Positions 9,565-19,398 of a stretch of DNA of 64,000 bases are shown in pieces. Every line of letters starts with the position of its first letter. Positions within the stretch are counted from its first letter, which is position 1. The position numbers were made by a program, and so were the translations under genes. The notes under the pieces are model-generated. The model did not search any database. It saw only the letters and a program-made list of their open reading frames with translations, and was not told the origin of the DNA. This stretch comes from an uncultured Caldithrix sp. (GTDB lineage Bacteria; Electryoneota; AABM5-125-24; Hatepunaeales; Hatepunaeaceae), in assembly GCA_964355675.1 (NCBI GenBank), contig CAYHEC010000006.1:1-64000 (forward strand). Direction: 5' to 3'.

Positions 9565-11865
9565 ATGTCTGAGTACTTAGGCAAACTTTTGGTCGATAAG
9601 ACCGAAATAACCAAAACCTTGACCAACCGAAAGAAGAAGCATATCGAGAAGTCCGTCTCAGTCACTACGAAAATGAACAAGGCTGAAACGATGGAGCTAC
9701 TTAAACAGAAAGCAGTGCTTGAAGAAGCCGATGGCTGGGCAATTCTGACAACGAATATGAAATCATTAAGATTAAAAAAGGACAAGCCTAAGGACGAACA
9801 GCTCGAAGATGAGTTATGGGTTATCATGGCTCAGATGGGCTTTAATGAGCTAAGTGATGGGCGATCTTTTACAATCCGAGAGTATCACAGCCTGAGCCCA
9901 AGGCAAATCGACGTTTTTGGGAAAGATGGAGAGACAGCTATATTAATTGAGTGCACTCACTGTAGAGTTCCCCAAAAGAAAGACATGAGCGAGTTGATAA
10001 ATAAGATCGAGAAAATGAAGGGCAATATAGGAAATTCCATTCGAACCCATTATGGAATAGAGTCTCACCTAAAGGTGGGATGGGTAATTGCAACGAAAAA
10101 TATAGAATGGGGAATCGCAGATCTCGAAAAAGCCAAAACATGTAAAATAACAGTATTACGCGAAGAAGAGATAGAATACTACCACAAATTGATTGGCCTA
10201 TTGCGAGAGGCAGCAAAGTATCAATTTCTATCACATGTATTTTCACAAGAGGAAATTAGCGGCTTGGAATTGCCGGTTGCTGCCACTCGTGGGACTATGG
10301 GAGGAAAACCGTTTTACAATTTTTTAATAAGACCTTATCAGCTCTTAAGAATCGCTTATGTGAGCCATAAGGGGAGTCATAATTCGGAGGATATTGAATC
10401 TTATCAAAGAATGCTCAGTCAAAACAGATTAAAAGCAATTGCCGCTTTTATCGACGAAGGAGGGCAATTTCCAACGAATATAGTAATTAACTTAAGAGGC
10501 AAAATTAGATTCGAAAGAGGTATCCCGATTGGTGATTCTTTTGTCGGTACGTTGTACCTACCTCAGATATACGCGTCTTGTTTGATCATAGATGGACAAC
10601 ATAGATTATATGGCTACATGCATAGTCGGAGGGCAAAGGAAGAAAACGATAAGACCACCGTATCTGTGTTGGCATATGACAATATCTCCCCAATGGATGA
10701 AGCCAATTACTTTATAGATATCAACTCTAAGCAAGTCAAGGTTACCGGAAACTTAATTGCTGAATTATACGCAAATTTGCGATGGGATTCTCCGAGGTTT
10801 GACGACAGACTGATATCCCTTTGCACTCGCACCGTCATGGCAATGAATTCAAAATACAGCTCTCCAATATGCGATAGACTTGCCACTACAAATAAGACGA
10901 AATCAAGTATCAGATGTCTTACACTGAAATCGTTTAATGACGGACTGAAGGAGAATCTATTATTTGGCGTAGAGAATAAGCCCGGACCATTATCTGATTC
11001 AAATTCGAAGGATTTATCTAAGACGTTGTCAAAAGGTGTCGAATTGTTAAGTGCGTATCTAAATCTATTCGCAACAGAATTGCCAGATCACTGGAATTTA
11101 GGTAATGACAAAGGCGGATTTCTTGCCACAAATGAGGGAATTCGGTCCTTACTTAAAGTACTGAAAGGCATTCTCTGGTATATAGAATTCAAAGATCATG
11201 TGGTTGTTGACTGCGAACCGCCTGATATAATACTTCCATATGTCAAGATTTATGTTTGGCCAGTTGTCACATTCTTCAAGAATGCTTCTATTCATGAGAT
11301 TCAAAACTATAGAGACACTTCGGGCTCTTTGAAGAATGTGACAAAAAACGCCAATCGAATGATGCAATTGATAAACAGGGAATATAAGGACTTTACCCCT
11401 TCAGGTCTGAAGGATTTCCTTGAAAATATGGACCAAGAGGGTACCCACGAAGCTCATCATTTAATAGATGACTTAGAGAGAAGATTCTATGCTTATGTAA
11501 TTGCTGTATTAAAATCGAATTATGGCGATCTGTATGAGCAGTGGTGGATGGAGGGAATACCCCTTAAAATTAGAAAAGATTGCAATGACCGATATGAGGA
11601 TGAAAAGGGGGTAAAGGCAAGAGAACAATATCTTTCGCTTGGGAATTTCAGGTCAATAGTGACTGATAAATGGGAATTATTTAATAACGAGTTTGATATT
11701 GGCGAAAAAGGTGGGAAGGATAAAAAAACAGATTGGATGTATCGGTTGAACGAAATTCGTAATATCACGCATCATTCAACAAAATGGCCAGCAACTAAAG
11801 ATCAAGTGAATTTTGTTAGGGAAATTCACTCGAAGTTGGAAGGCAGATTCATTGTTCCAAAATAA
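9565..11865 (+). CDS. DGQHR-domain (DndB-like, ParB-nuclease-superfamily) protein with extra N-terminal and C-terminal domains, 766 aa
   Basis: Literal DGQHR motif (…SCLIIDGQHRLYGYMHS…, DNA ~10591-10605) in a context resembling the DndB/DGQHR family; N-terminal ~230 aa has a possible nuclease-like core (…QIDVFGKDGETAILIECTHCR…); AT-rich relative to flanks. Confidence 0.65.
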   Translation: MSEYLGKLLVDKTEITKTLTNRKKKHIEKSVSVTTKMNKAETMELLKQKAVLEEADGWAILTTNMKSLRLKKDKPKDEQLEDELWVIMAQMGFNELSDGRSFTIREYHSLSPRQIDVFGKDGETAILIECTHCRVPQKKDMSELINKIEKMKGNIGNSIRTHYGIESHLKVGWVIATKNIEWGIADLEKAKTCKITVLREEEIEYYHKLIGLLREAAKYQFLSHVFSQEEISGLELPVAATRGTMGGKPFYNFLIRPYQLLRIAYVSHKGSHNSEDIESYQRMLSQNRLKAIAAFIDEGGQFPTNIVINLRGKIRFERGIPIGDSFVGTLYLPQIYASCLIIDGQHRLYGYMHSRRAKEENDKTTVSVLAYDNISPMDEANYFIDINSKQVKVTGNLIAELYANLRWDSPRFDDRLISLCTRTVMAMNSKYSSPICDRLATTNKTKSSIRCLTLKSFNDGLKENLLFGVENKPGPLSDSNSKDLSKTLSKGVELLSAYLNLFATELPDHWNLGNDKGGFLATNEGIRSLLKVLKGILWYIEFKDHVVVDCEPPDIILPYVKIYVWPVVTFFKNASIHEIQNYRDTSGSLKNVTKNANRMMQLINREYKDFTPSGLKDFLENMDQEGTHEAHHLIDDLERRFYAYVIAVLKSNYGDLYEQWWMEGIPLKIRKDCNDRYEDEKGVKAREQYLSLGNFRSIVTDKWELFNNEFDIGEKGGKDKKTDWMYRLNEIRNITHHSTKWPATKDQVNFVREIHSKLEGRFIVPK

Positions 11866-11877
11866 TAGGCGTCTTTA

Positions 11878-13317
11878 ATGGCAAATATCCTACTTATCGA
11901 ACCCGACTATCGTTCCAAATTTCCACCTCTCGGTCTACTAAAACTCAGCACATACCACAAAGACAAAGGTGATGAAGTCAAGTTCTGGAGGGGTCACAGC
12001 GAAGAATATCGAACTCAGAAGTGGGATCGCGTTTATATTGCTACATTATTCACTTGGGAGTTGCCTCGTGCGATTAAGACGATCAAGTATTATTCCGGAT
12101 CAGTCGTTAATCCTGAACGAGACATATTTGTAGGTGGTGTTGCCGCAACATTATACCCACAGTATATCAAAGATAATGCTGTATGCAACCTTATCGAAGG
12201 AACTCTCGATAAGCCTGATAGACTTGAACCTGGCGCTCCAGCAATCGCTGAACTTGTACCGGATTATGACCTCCTGAAACAGGTTGACTATCCCTATTTC
12301 CCGAATGACGCCTATTTTGTCAGAATTACAAAAGGCTGCATCCGATCATGCAAATTTTGTGCTGTCCCAAGGCTGGAAACTGAATATGGCTATCTAAATT
12401 CCGTAGGCAACCAAGTTGTAAGCGTGAAAGCACTTTATGGTGAGCGTAAAAATCTCGTGGTAATGGACAATAACATTCTCGGCATTGAGGATATTGATTA
12501 TCACATCAATGGCATTGCAGAGATTGGTTTTGAACGTGGCGCAACTTTTAAGGGGAAGCGTCGGTATGTAGATTTCAATCAAGGGTTAGATGCTCGGATT
12601 ATTGCCGAGAAACCAGAACTTGCCAAATTACTCGCGAAGATCTGCCTGTCGCCAGTTCGATTGGCATTCGATTTTAATAGCCGTCTCATGGGACGGGCTT
12701 ATAAAGAGGCCATCCATCTTTTAGCTGCGGAAGGTTTCAGGGAATTTACGAATTATCTTTTATTCAACTTCAATGATGCGCCCGAAGATTTATATAGTCG
12801 TCTAATGGTGAATTATGAGCTGAATGACAAATTAAAATTACAAATTACAGGATTCCCGATGCGGTTCATTCCGATGGATGATGTGAAAAGAAATCACATA
12901 TCACAGTTCTGGAAATGGCGTTTTTTACGTAGTATGCAGTGCGTGTTATTGGCTACGAGGGGCTTGGTAAGTCCAAATCCGAGTTTTCTATTCCGGTCGT
13001 TTGGTCAAACCTATGATGAGTTTCTTGAGATATTATCGATGCCTGATAGGTACATAATCTTCAGAAAAGATTATGAAGATAATGATGCAAGTGAGTGGCG
13101 CGATAGTTTTCGCAAGTTGTCTCCTACAGACAGAAATGAATTTTTGGATCTGTTAGGAGTTCTAAATCGTGACCGCGGTCGAGCCAAGACAATCCCAACA
13201 ATTCGAAGAGATTTTCAAAAGCTATTGTTGCATTATTACCCAGATGGTAAAAATGCTCCTCAGACTCCAAGACGAGATATTTTGGTACGACAAGGAGTAT
13301 CTGTTGGATATGATTGA
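11878..13317 (+). CDS. Radical SAM enzyme with N-terminal B12-binding-like (Rossmann) domain
   Basis: CxxxCxxC cluster GCIRSCKFCAVP (Cys codons at 12337, 12349, 12358); N-terminus MANILLIEPDYRSKFPPLGLLKLSTYHKDKGDEV… matches the B12-binding-domain layout of class-B radical SAM proteins; 13-bp gap from upstream DGQHR gene. Confidence 0.7.
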   Translation: MANILLIEPDYRSKFPPLGLLKLSTYHKDKGDEVKFWRGHSEEYRTQKWDRVYIATLFTWELPRAIKTIKYYSGSVVNPERDIFVGGVAATLYPQYIKDNAVCNLIEGTLDKPDRLEPGAPAIAELVPDYDLLKQVDYPYFPNDAYFVRITKGCIRSCKFCAVPRLETEYGYLNSVGNQVVSVKALYGERKNLVVMDNNILGIEDIDYHINGIAEIGFERGATFKGKRRYVDFNQGLDARIIAEKPELAKLLAKICLSPVRLAFDFNSRLMGRAYKEAIHLLAAEGFREFTNYLLFNFNDAPEDLYSRLMVNYELNDKLKLQITGFPMRFIPMDDVKRNHISQFWKWRFLRSMQCVLLATRGLVSPNPSFLFRSFGQTYDEFLEILSMPDRYIIFRKDYEDNDASEWRDSFRKLSPTDRNEFLDLLGVLNRDRGRAKTIPTIRRDFQKLLLHYYPDGKNAPQTPRRDILVRQGVSVGYD

Positions 13318-13527
13318 CAACGCCTCCTCGATGCGCTAACCCCGCCCTCCGGCGCAAACTGTCAAGCGACTAATTGTTCATTAGTGATACCTATGAGTGG
13401 CGCCTCCGAATGCCCCATATTTAACTATTTCTAATTTTGCAATTTACAATTTACACTTTACACTTTCCCACTTCCCTTATTGAACATTTAACAGTCGTAC
13501 ACCTTCTAATTAAAAGACTTAAAAGGT

Positions 13528-15015
13528 ATGGATACCTTATCCCTCACCGTATTCCTCCCCGTTTTAGGGGTGTTAGTCATTGCGTTTCTGAAAGATGAAC
13601 GGGCAATCAGGACGACCGCCCTCTCATTCAGTCTCTTAGTCTTTCTCGCGTCGCTCCCCCTCTGGTTTGGCTTCGATCCAAGTCAAGGCTTATCAGCGGC
13701 TTCCCTGAAAGAACTGATCCAGTTCGAGACTAATCTCCCCTGGGTCGCCAGCCCTAACATCAACTATCACATAGGCTTGGATGGCATCAGCCTGCTCCTC
13801 GTCATGCTGACGACCTTCCTCACTCCCTTATGTATTTGGGGTTCCTGGACTTCTATCAAGTCAAGACCCAAAGGCTATTACATCTCATTCCTCCTCCTTG
13901 AGACAGGTATGCTCGGTGTATTCAGTGCCTTGGACTTGATACTGTTCTACGTTTTCTGGGAAGCCATGCTGATCCCGATGTACCTCCTGATCGGCGTCTG
14001 GGGCGGCCAAAACCGCGTCTATGCCGCTGTTAAGTTCATACTTTACACGATGGTAGGATCGCTCTTGATGCTTGTCGGCATCATCTGGATGTACTTCAAC
14101 GCTGTCCCCGGTACTAACACCTTCGATTTGCTGACGATAAGCTCCTCCGCCGCGATCCCTCATCAAGCTCAGCTTTGGCTGTTTGCCGCCTTTGCATTGG
14201 CTTTCGCCATCAAAGTCCCGATGTTCCCGTTCCATACCTGGCTTCCCGATGCCCATACCGAAGCCCCCACCGCCGGATCGGTCATCCTTGCCGGGGTGTT
14301 GCTCAAGATGGGAACTTACGGTTTCATAAGGTTTTGCATCCCGCTGTTCCCGGAGGCGGCGAATGAATTCGCCGGTACAATTAGTGTGCTGGCGCTGATC
14401 GGCATCGTCTATGGAGCGTTAGTCACGTTATTACAACCGGATATGAAGCGTCTGATTGCCTACTCGTCGGTTAGTCACTTGGGTTTTGTGATGTTAGGAT
14501 TGTTCGCTTTCAACATGCAGGGCATGCAGGGCGGAATGTTGCAAATGATCAATCACGGGCTGTCAACCGGCGCGCTATTCTTTTTAATTGGCGTGATTTA
14601 CGAGCGACGCCACACGCGGCTGATCGCCGATTACGGCGGTCTGGCGAAAGTCATGCCGAAGTATGCCACCGTGTTTCTGATCGTTGCTCTTTCGAGCATT
14701 GGCTTGCCGGGACTAAACGGCTTTGTTGGGGAATTTCTGATACTTACGGGGGCGTTTAAAGCCAACGCCGCGTTCGGGGTGATCGGAGCGACGGGGGTAA
14801 TTCTGGCGGCGGTGTACTTGCTTTGGATGTATCAGCGGGTGTTCTTCGGCGAGGTAACCAATGACAAAAACAAGGGACTGGCAGACCTGACCCGGACGGA
14901 AATGACGATTTTGGCGGCGATGCTGGTGTTAATTGTCTGGATCGGGGTGCATCCATCGACCTTTACGTCGGTCAGCGAGAACGCCGTGAAGTTCGTGATG
15001 AGCCGGGTCTCGTAA
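13528..15015 (+). CDS. NuoM/NuoL-family proton-translocating antiporter-like subunit (complex I subunit M / Mrp-DabB-like), orphan
   Basis: 495 aa, ~14 TM helices, diagnostic NuoM-like segments (…[21 protein letters not shown]…, …[28 protein letters not shown]…). Confidence 0.8.
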   Translation: MDTLSLTVFLPVLGVLVIAFLKDERAIRTTALSFSLLVFLASLPLWFGFDPSQGLSAASLKELIQFETNLPWVASPNINYHIGLDGISLLLVMLTTFLTPLCIWGSWTSIKSRPKGYYISFLLLETGMLGVFSALDLILFYVFWEAMLIPMYLLIGVWGGQNRVYAAVKFILYTMVGSLLMLVGIIWMYFNAVPGTNTFDLLTISSSAAIPHQAQLWLFAAFALAFAIKVPMFPFHTWLPDAHTEAPTAGSVILAGVLLKMGTYGFIRFCIPLFPEAANEFAGTISVLALIGIVYGALVTLLQPDMKRLIAYSSVSHLGFVMLGLFAFNMQGMQGGMLQMINHGLSTGALFFLIGVIYERRHTRLIADYGGLAKVMPKYATVFLIVALSSIGLPGLNGFVGEFLILTGAFKANAAFGVIGATGVILAAVYLLWMYQRVFFGEVTNDKNKGLADLTRTEMTILAAMLVLIVWIGVHPSTFTSVSENAVKFVMSRVS

Positions 15016-15322
15016 AAGATCAGTAGGGCAGGGCGTCACGACCTGTCACATTAGGCTTTTCTTTTGTGACAGACGCGAACGTCTGTCGGGAGGACGGATC
15101 TCCGCATCCGTCCGTTGGGGCATGAAGGCATTGCGCCCGCAGTCAATGGCGCGTCATTCCAGCGCAGGCGGGAATCCAGAAGAGTTAAAACAAAATAGTT
15201 ATTGCAAGTAGTTAATAATGTAGTGCTAACAACTCGTCGGACGGCGATAGTTAGTGCGCAATCTCGGAACTAAATTGCTGAGATCACACTCAATTCCAGT
15301 TAGGGATTTGGAAATTATGAAC

Positions 15323-15619
15323 TCACGACCTCGATTTCAATGCTGCCTGAATGGCGGAATCGCCCTTAATGTACGCTTCGATGGAGTAGATGCGAATTGC
15401 GCATGTTTTTGTGAGAAAGTTTGGTGAAGTTTCTAACACATCAAGCCATTGTCCATACCGTTCATTTTCAGGCACATCATTCACAAGGATAAAGACGTTA
15501 ATACCCTTCTTCACTCTCGCGAGGAGTCTTATCCGAAGTGATTCATTCATTCCGTGACCAGTATAAGGTGGAGGAGTGAACTTTCCTTCAGGCTTATTCA
15601 AACGTTCAACTACTAACAT
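15323..15619 (-). CDS. Hypothetical protein (98 aa) downstream of the HigB/HigA-peptidase pair
   Basis: ORF only. Confidence 0.3.
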   Translation of the reverse strand: MLVVERLNKPEGKFTPPPYTGHGMNESLRIRLLARVKKGINVFILVNDVPENERYGQWLDVLETSPNFLTKTCAIRIYSIEAYIKGDSAIQAALKSRS

Positions 15620-15689
15620 TTGTTCTCCTGAAATTATAAACGAACATTCTCATTGAGTTCTGGCTATACCAATATCTTAATATATCTCG

Positions 15690-16799
15690 CTATTCTTCCT
15701 CCCAGTTTAATGATTGGTGCAAATGATAGTACCAACTTTTTGGCAGAACATTCTTGCGCTGAAGTCTGCCAAGAATTATTCCTGGAGTTATGCCAATCTC
15801 TCGTGCCCAGTTTTCAATTTGAGTATCAGTGATCACTTGAGTCGCCGCTATTCGTTCAATTCTGTTATAAATTTCTGACGGAATAAGCGTGTCGGCAGCA
15901 AACGCGTCTGCCTCTGCCTCAAACGGATTCTCCTTGCTCTGGTGATCCACATCTATGAAGAGGTCACGAGGCTCGTGCAGGAGCACATGGCCAATCTCGT
16001 GGAACAGCGTGAACCAGAAAATGTCAGCGCGCTTCCCGCGCAAGGTGATCTGTACAGATGGATTATTATTCAGCCATCGCGTCACTCCGGAAACCGGAAA
16101 ACTCTCGAATTCCTTCACCATCAGGAACGCAACGCCGCATTCACGACCGATTTTCTCAAGTTTCGGTTGCCACTCTGCACGCAAATGAAGGAGCGTCAGA
16201 CTTCGAATCTCGGGAAGTCGAGCACGTAAAGCATCGGGATTGAACGGTTCGAGTACGCAAGAGTTGTGCGCCTCTTCGCCTATCCTCAACCAAGCCGCAA
16301 GCTTAATCAACGGCAGATCAAACTTCGGGCTTTTGCGGTAGGCGAAAATGCTTTGGTCGAAATAGTTTTCGAGTGCTTCATAACTCGCGACGCGAAGCCA
16401 GTTCAGTGTAGCTCGTAATCGATCAATTGGTTGCTTAAAGTCTTGCAGATAACCGCGCTTAATTAATTCCCGGTACGGGGTGTCTTTAAACTTTTCCATT
16501 TGACGAGTGAGTTGTGCAACCTCTTGGTCACGAGCGAGGGTGTCCTGATAATTCCGCTCGATATTTAGCCAAAAGTATGCTGGCAAGCCGAGAACCCGTT
16601 CAAGCTGAATCGCCGTTTCCTTGGTAATGGCTTTCTTGGCGTTGATGATCTCGCTGATCGCTTGTGGTGGTTTGCCCATTCTGCGCGATAATTCCAACTG
16701 GCTCATATCGCGAGCTTCAAGGACTTCCTTGATGGTCTCGCCGGGAGGAATTGGAATCGGGGGCAAGTATGGTTTGGGTAGCTGATGTTGCTCAGCCAT
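15690..16799 (-). CDS. HigA-like XRE-family HTH antitoxin fused to ImmA/IrrE-family zinc metallopeptidase domain
   Basis: N-terminal HTH (…HPGETIKEVLEARDMSQLELSRRMGKPPQAISEIINAKKAITKETAIQLERVLGLPAYFWLNIERNYQ…) typical of HigA/VapI; C-terminal HEXXH (FHEIGHVLLHE) of COG2856 peptidases; overlaps upstream toxin gene by 8 nt. Confidence 0.75.
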   Translation of the reverse strand: MAEQHQLPKPYLPPIPIPPGETIKEVLEARDMSQLELSRRMGKPPQAISEIINAKKAITKETAIQLERVLGLPAYFWLNIERNYQDTLARDQEVAQLTRQMEKFKDTPYRELIKRGYLQDFKQPIDRLRATLNWLRVASYEALENYFDQSIFAYRKSPKFDLPLIKLAAWLRIGEEAHNSCVLEPFNPDALRARLPEIRSLTLLHLRAEWQPKLEKIGRECGVAFLMVKEFESFPVSGVTRWLNNNPSVQITLRGKRADIFWFTLFHEIGHVLLHEPRDLFIDVDHQSKENPFEAEADAFAADTLIPSEIYNRIERIAATQVITDTQIENWAREIGITPGIILGRLQRKNVLPKSWYYHLHQSLNWEEE

Positions 16800-17160
16800 G
16801 GTAGTCCCTAATATCGGTTATGCGGATGCGGTGAATTTTGCCTAAATCGTATTCCATAGAAGGAACGCCGTCCTCTGATAATGCTGAGAAGCATATTCGC
16901 CAACCGTCCTTCAGTACAACCGCCCACTCTTCTTGACGCGATCCTTGAAGTTTATGTCTTCTTAGCGGGGGCGTGACTGGAACATCTTTCAGACTGTCAA
17001 AAGATTGAAGTTCGACGATTCGCTGAAAGAGCCTTCTCATGTACAACTCGTTACGCAGCTTGCGCCTTGCAGCAGCTTCTGTGGTGCAGATTTTTTCTAA
17101 ACTGCCATTCTTGTAGCTAATATACATGAGCTTTTCCGGAAATGCAATACGCCCGTTCAC
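16792..17160 (-). CDS. higB: HigB-like toxin (RelE/ParE superfamily, 'plasmid maintenance killer protein')
   Basis: …LRRHKLQGSRQEEWAVVLKDGWRICFSALSEDG…IRITDIRDYH matches the HigB/COG3549 signature (…NRLEKLxGDRKGxWSIRINDQWRICFRWEDG…DYH). Confidence 0.7.
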   Translation of the reverse strand: MNGRIAFPEKLMYISYKNGSLEKICTTEAAARRKLRNELYMRRLFQRIVELQSFDSLKDVPVTPPLRRHKLQGSRQEEWAVVLKDGWRICFSALSEDGVPSMEYDLGKIHRIRITDIRDYHG

Positions 17161-17277
17161 CCTATGGGCGAATTATTAAATCGAATAAATTGTTTTCGTT
17201 TCTAGTATGCAAGCCAGCCGAGGCAACAGAGGCTTTGTTTTAGTGACAACACGGACGGTTATCCTAAGCGACGAAAG

Positions 17278-17550
17278 TTAATTTTCAATGGGCTCCCGTC
17301 CCTCTACCAACGGCCCCACCGCGAGGTCTTCGTCGATCAGCGGCCAATGAATGCCGTAGCCGGAGGGGGACATTCTTAACCCCTGTCGCTCCAAGTCCGA
17401 AGCCATGGAGAGAGACAGAGAACATTCCTCCCACTTCAGAAAGTACCGCCCAGCGCCGGTCACAATAGTCAAGCCTTCTTTGGTCGCGCTGACCTCCTTG
17501 GCAAGGATGACCTGTCTCCGGTATTCTACCGGTTGTGCAATTTCTGCCAT
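17278..17550 (-). CDS. DUF2442-family protein (partner of DUF4160)
   Basis: Small protein overlapping the upstream DUF4160 gene by 25 nt; characteristic tail …GYGIHWPLIDEDLAV…. Confidence 0.55.
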   Translation of the reverse strand: MAEIAQPVEYRRQVILAKEVSATKEGLTIVTGAGRYFLKWEECSLSLSMASDLERQGLRMSPSGYGIHWPLIDEDLAVGPLVEGREPIEN

Positions 17551-17777
17551 GCCAGGGTAACCTCCTCTAAATTCTCAAAAATGATTTGACGCACCTCGCG
17601 TCTCAGCGCTGGCGTCATTCGCCAAGCCCAAGCTTCCTCTATCTCGAAGTCATCCACCCGAACCCAATACTTGCATTCCGCGTCGCCCTTTTCAGCGTGG
17701 ACATGCATCGGTTCGATTCCCTCGTTCGGGTAGATGATGATATGCCAGCCATGCTGATAAACGATTGTCGGGCTCAT
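17526..17777 (-). CDS. DUF4160-family protein
   Basis: MSPTIVYQHGWHIIIYPNEGIEPMHVHAEKGDAECKYWV matches the DUF4160 N-terminal signature (…PPHFHA…). Confidence 0.6.
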   Translation of the reverse strand: MSPTIVYQHGWHIIIYPNEGIEPMHVHAEKGDAECKYWVRVDDFEIEEAWAWRMTPALRREVRQIIFENLEEVTLAWQKLHNR

Positions 17778-18086
17778 TGCGCTACTCCCCTTTTGCTGTT
17801 GATATCAAATATACCTAACGAGCAGGATTATTCCAATAGGTACTTGTTCCCTTGCTCCTTCGTAGTTAGCCATGACAGGCGGAAACTGCCAAGCCTTAAA
17901 GCCTTCACTGCGCAATGAGTTGAAGCAAGTTAATATTGCGGCACAACCTACTTGCTTGCAAGTCAGGTATCAATCGTCTAAAGTGACAAACTAAAGTCTG
18001 TCGTACCCATCCCATTCGGGCTGGAAGCCCGACCTACAAGCGACAACCGGGACGGTCATCCTACGCGACAGATTTGGAAATCTGTC

Positions 18087-18311
18087 CTACCCAATCCCCT
18101 TGAATATCCCCTTCAGGAACAGCGCCACCCCCGTCAGGCAGAAAAGCGCCGAGAGTCCCATCAGCGCGTAATAGACCGGTTCCTCGAGATGGCGGCCACT
18201 CTTCAGCGCCATCGTTATCGTTTCGCCCAACCCCTCCGGCGGCCGCATCGAATAAACGATGCTCCCGCCCACTATACCAATCGCTAAAAGAATGATCCCT
18301 TTGATGGTCAT
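18087..18311 (-). CDS. Small two-TM membrane protein (start at MTIKG..., RBS ggag upstream)
   Basis: Hydrophobic 74-aa ORF directly downstream of hflC; longer ORF start (18407) lacks an RBS. Confidence 0.35.
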   Translation of the reverse strand: MTIKGIILLAIGIVGGSIVYSMRPPEGLGETITMALKSGRHLEEPVYYALMGLSALFCLTGVALFLKGIFKGIG

Positions 18312-18561
18312 GGTTTCTCCAATTTTATTTGTCCGACTTGCCAAGGAGCCTGTAATGTCGAACGGATTTGGACAGGCCGAAATGACGCGTCTTTGATTGG
18401 CACGCAACCGACAGCGACGCCGGTGCTACCAATCCTACAATCTATCCCAAATTCTTTACTAAGTCAATAACAAAACAAAAGCGGCGTCGCACGAGACATG
18501 CGACGCCACTTTCAAGACATGCCTTACTGCCGACTACGGGGAGTCGGCAGAAGAACCAGTG

Positions 18562-19398
18562 TTACTTCAACCACTTCAGCCACTCCGTCTCGGGCGGCAA
18601 GACCAGCACCGTCGTCGAGTCGATGATCTTCTTGTACGCCTCCATGCTCCTGAAAAAGTCGTAAAATTCCGGGTCCTTGCCAAACGACTTCGCGTAGATG
18701 TCGATCGCCTTCGCCTCAGCCGCCCCGCGGACAGTTTGTGACTCACGGTACGCCTCCGCCATCAGCACCACCTTCAGCGAATCCGCCGCCGCCCGAATCT
18801 TCAACGCCTCTTCCTCGCCCTCCGAACGGTACTGGTTGGCAATCCGCTTCCGCTCAGCACGCATCCGCTCAAAGACCGACTTCTCATTCTGAGGCGGAAG
18901 ATCTGCCCGCTTGATCCGCACATCGACGACCTCGATACCGTAAGCCTTCGCCGCTTCGTTGGTTCTCGCGGTCACCTTCAGCATCAGCTCCTCCCGGTTG
19001 GTCGTCACAACTTCCTCGACGTCGTGCTTGCCAAGCTCGACCCTGAGCTCCGAATAAATGATGTCGTCGAGGCGCGCCTGAGCCCCGTTTTCATCGTGTA
19101 CACTGATGAAAAACTTCAGCGGATCGACGATGCGCCACTTGGCATAGTTGTCGAGAAGCAAGTTCTTCTTGTCCTGCGTCAGGATTTCCGTCGGGCTGGA
19201 GTCGTAGTCCAGTAGCCGTTTGTCAAAATAAGTCACCGCCTGGAACGGCCAGGGCAGTTTCAGGTGCAAGCCCGGTGTGGTGACCGTAGCAACCGGAGCG
19301 CCAAACTGCAACACAATCGCCTGATTGATCTCATCGACCTGGTAAATCGATGATAAGACAAGAATTATGGCTACCGCAATAAGAATCAGCTTATTCAT
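18562..19398 (-). CDS. hflC: Protease modulator HflC (SPFH/band-7)
   Basis: N-terminal TM + SPFH; …LHLKLPWPFQAVTYFDKRLLDYDS…; overlaps hflK by 4 nt. Confidence 0.85.
   Translation of the reverse strand: MNKLILIAVAIILVLSSIYQVDEINQAIVLQFGAPVATVTTPGLHLKLPWPFQAVTYFDKRLLDYDSSPTEILTQDKKNLLLDNYAKWRIVDPLKFFISVHDENGAQARLDDIIYSELRVELGKHDVEEVVTTNREELMLKVTARTNEAAKAYGIEVVDVRIKRADLPPQNEKSVFERMRAERKRIANQYRSEGEEEALKIRAAADSLKVVLMAEAYRESQTVRGAAEAKAIDIYAKSFGKDPEFYDFFRSMEAYKKIIDSTTVLVLPPETEWLKWLK

Noticed and set aside
9565-13317. Interpreting the DGQHR/rSAM cassette as part of a Dnd phosphorothioation or Dpd 7-deazaguanine cluster
   Set aside because: No dndACDE (cysteine desulfurase, PAPS-reductase-like, SMC-like ATPase) and no dpdA (TGT-like)/queC/queD genes are present within the window; the radical SAM here is a large B12-binding-type enzyme, not QueE.
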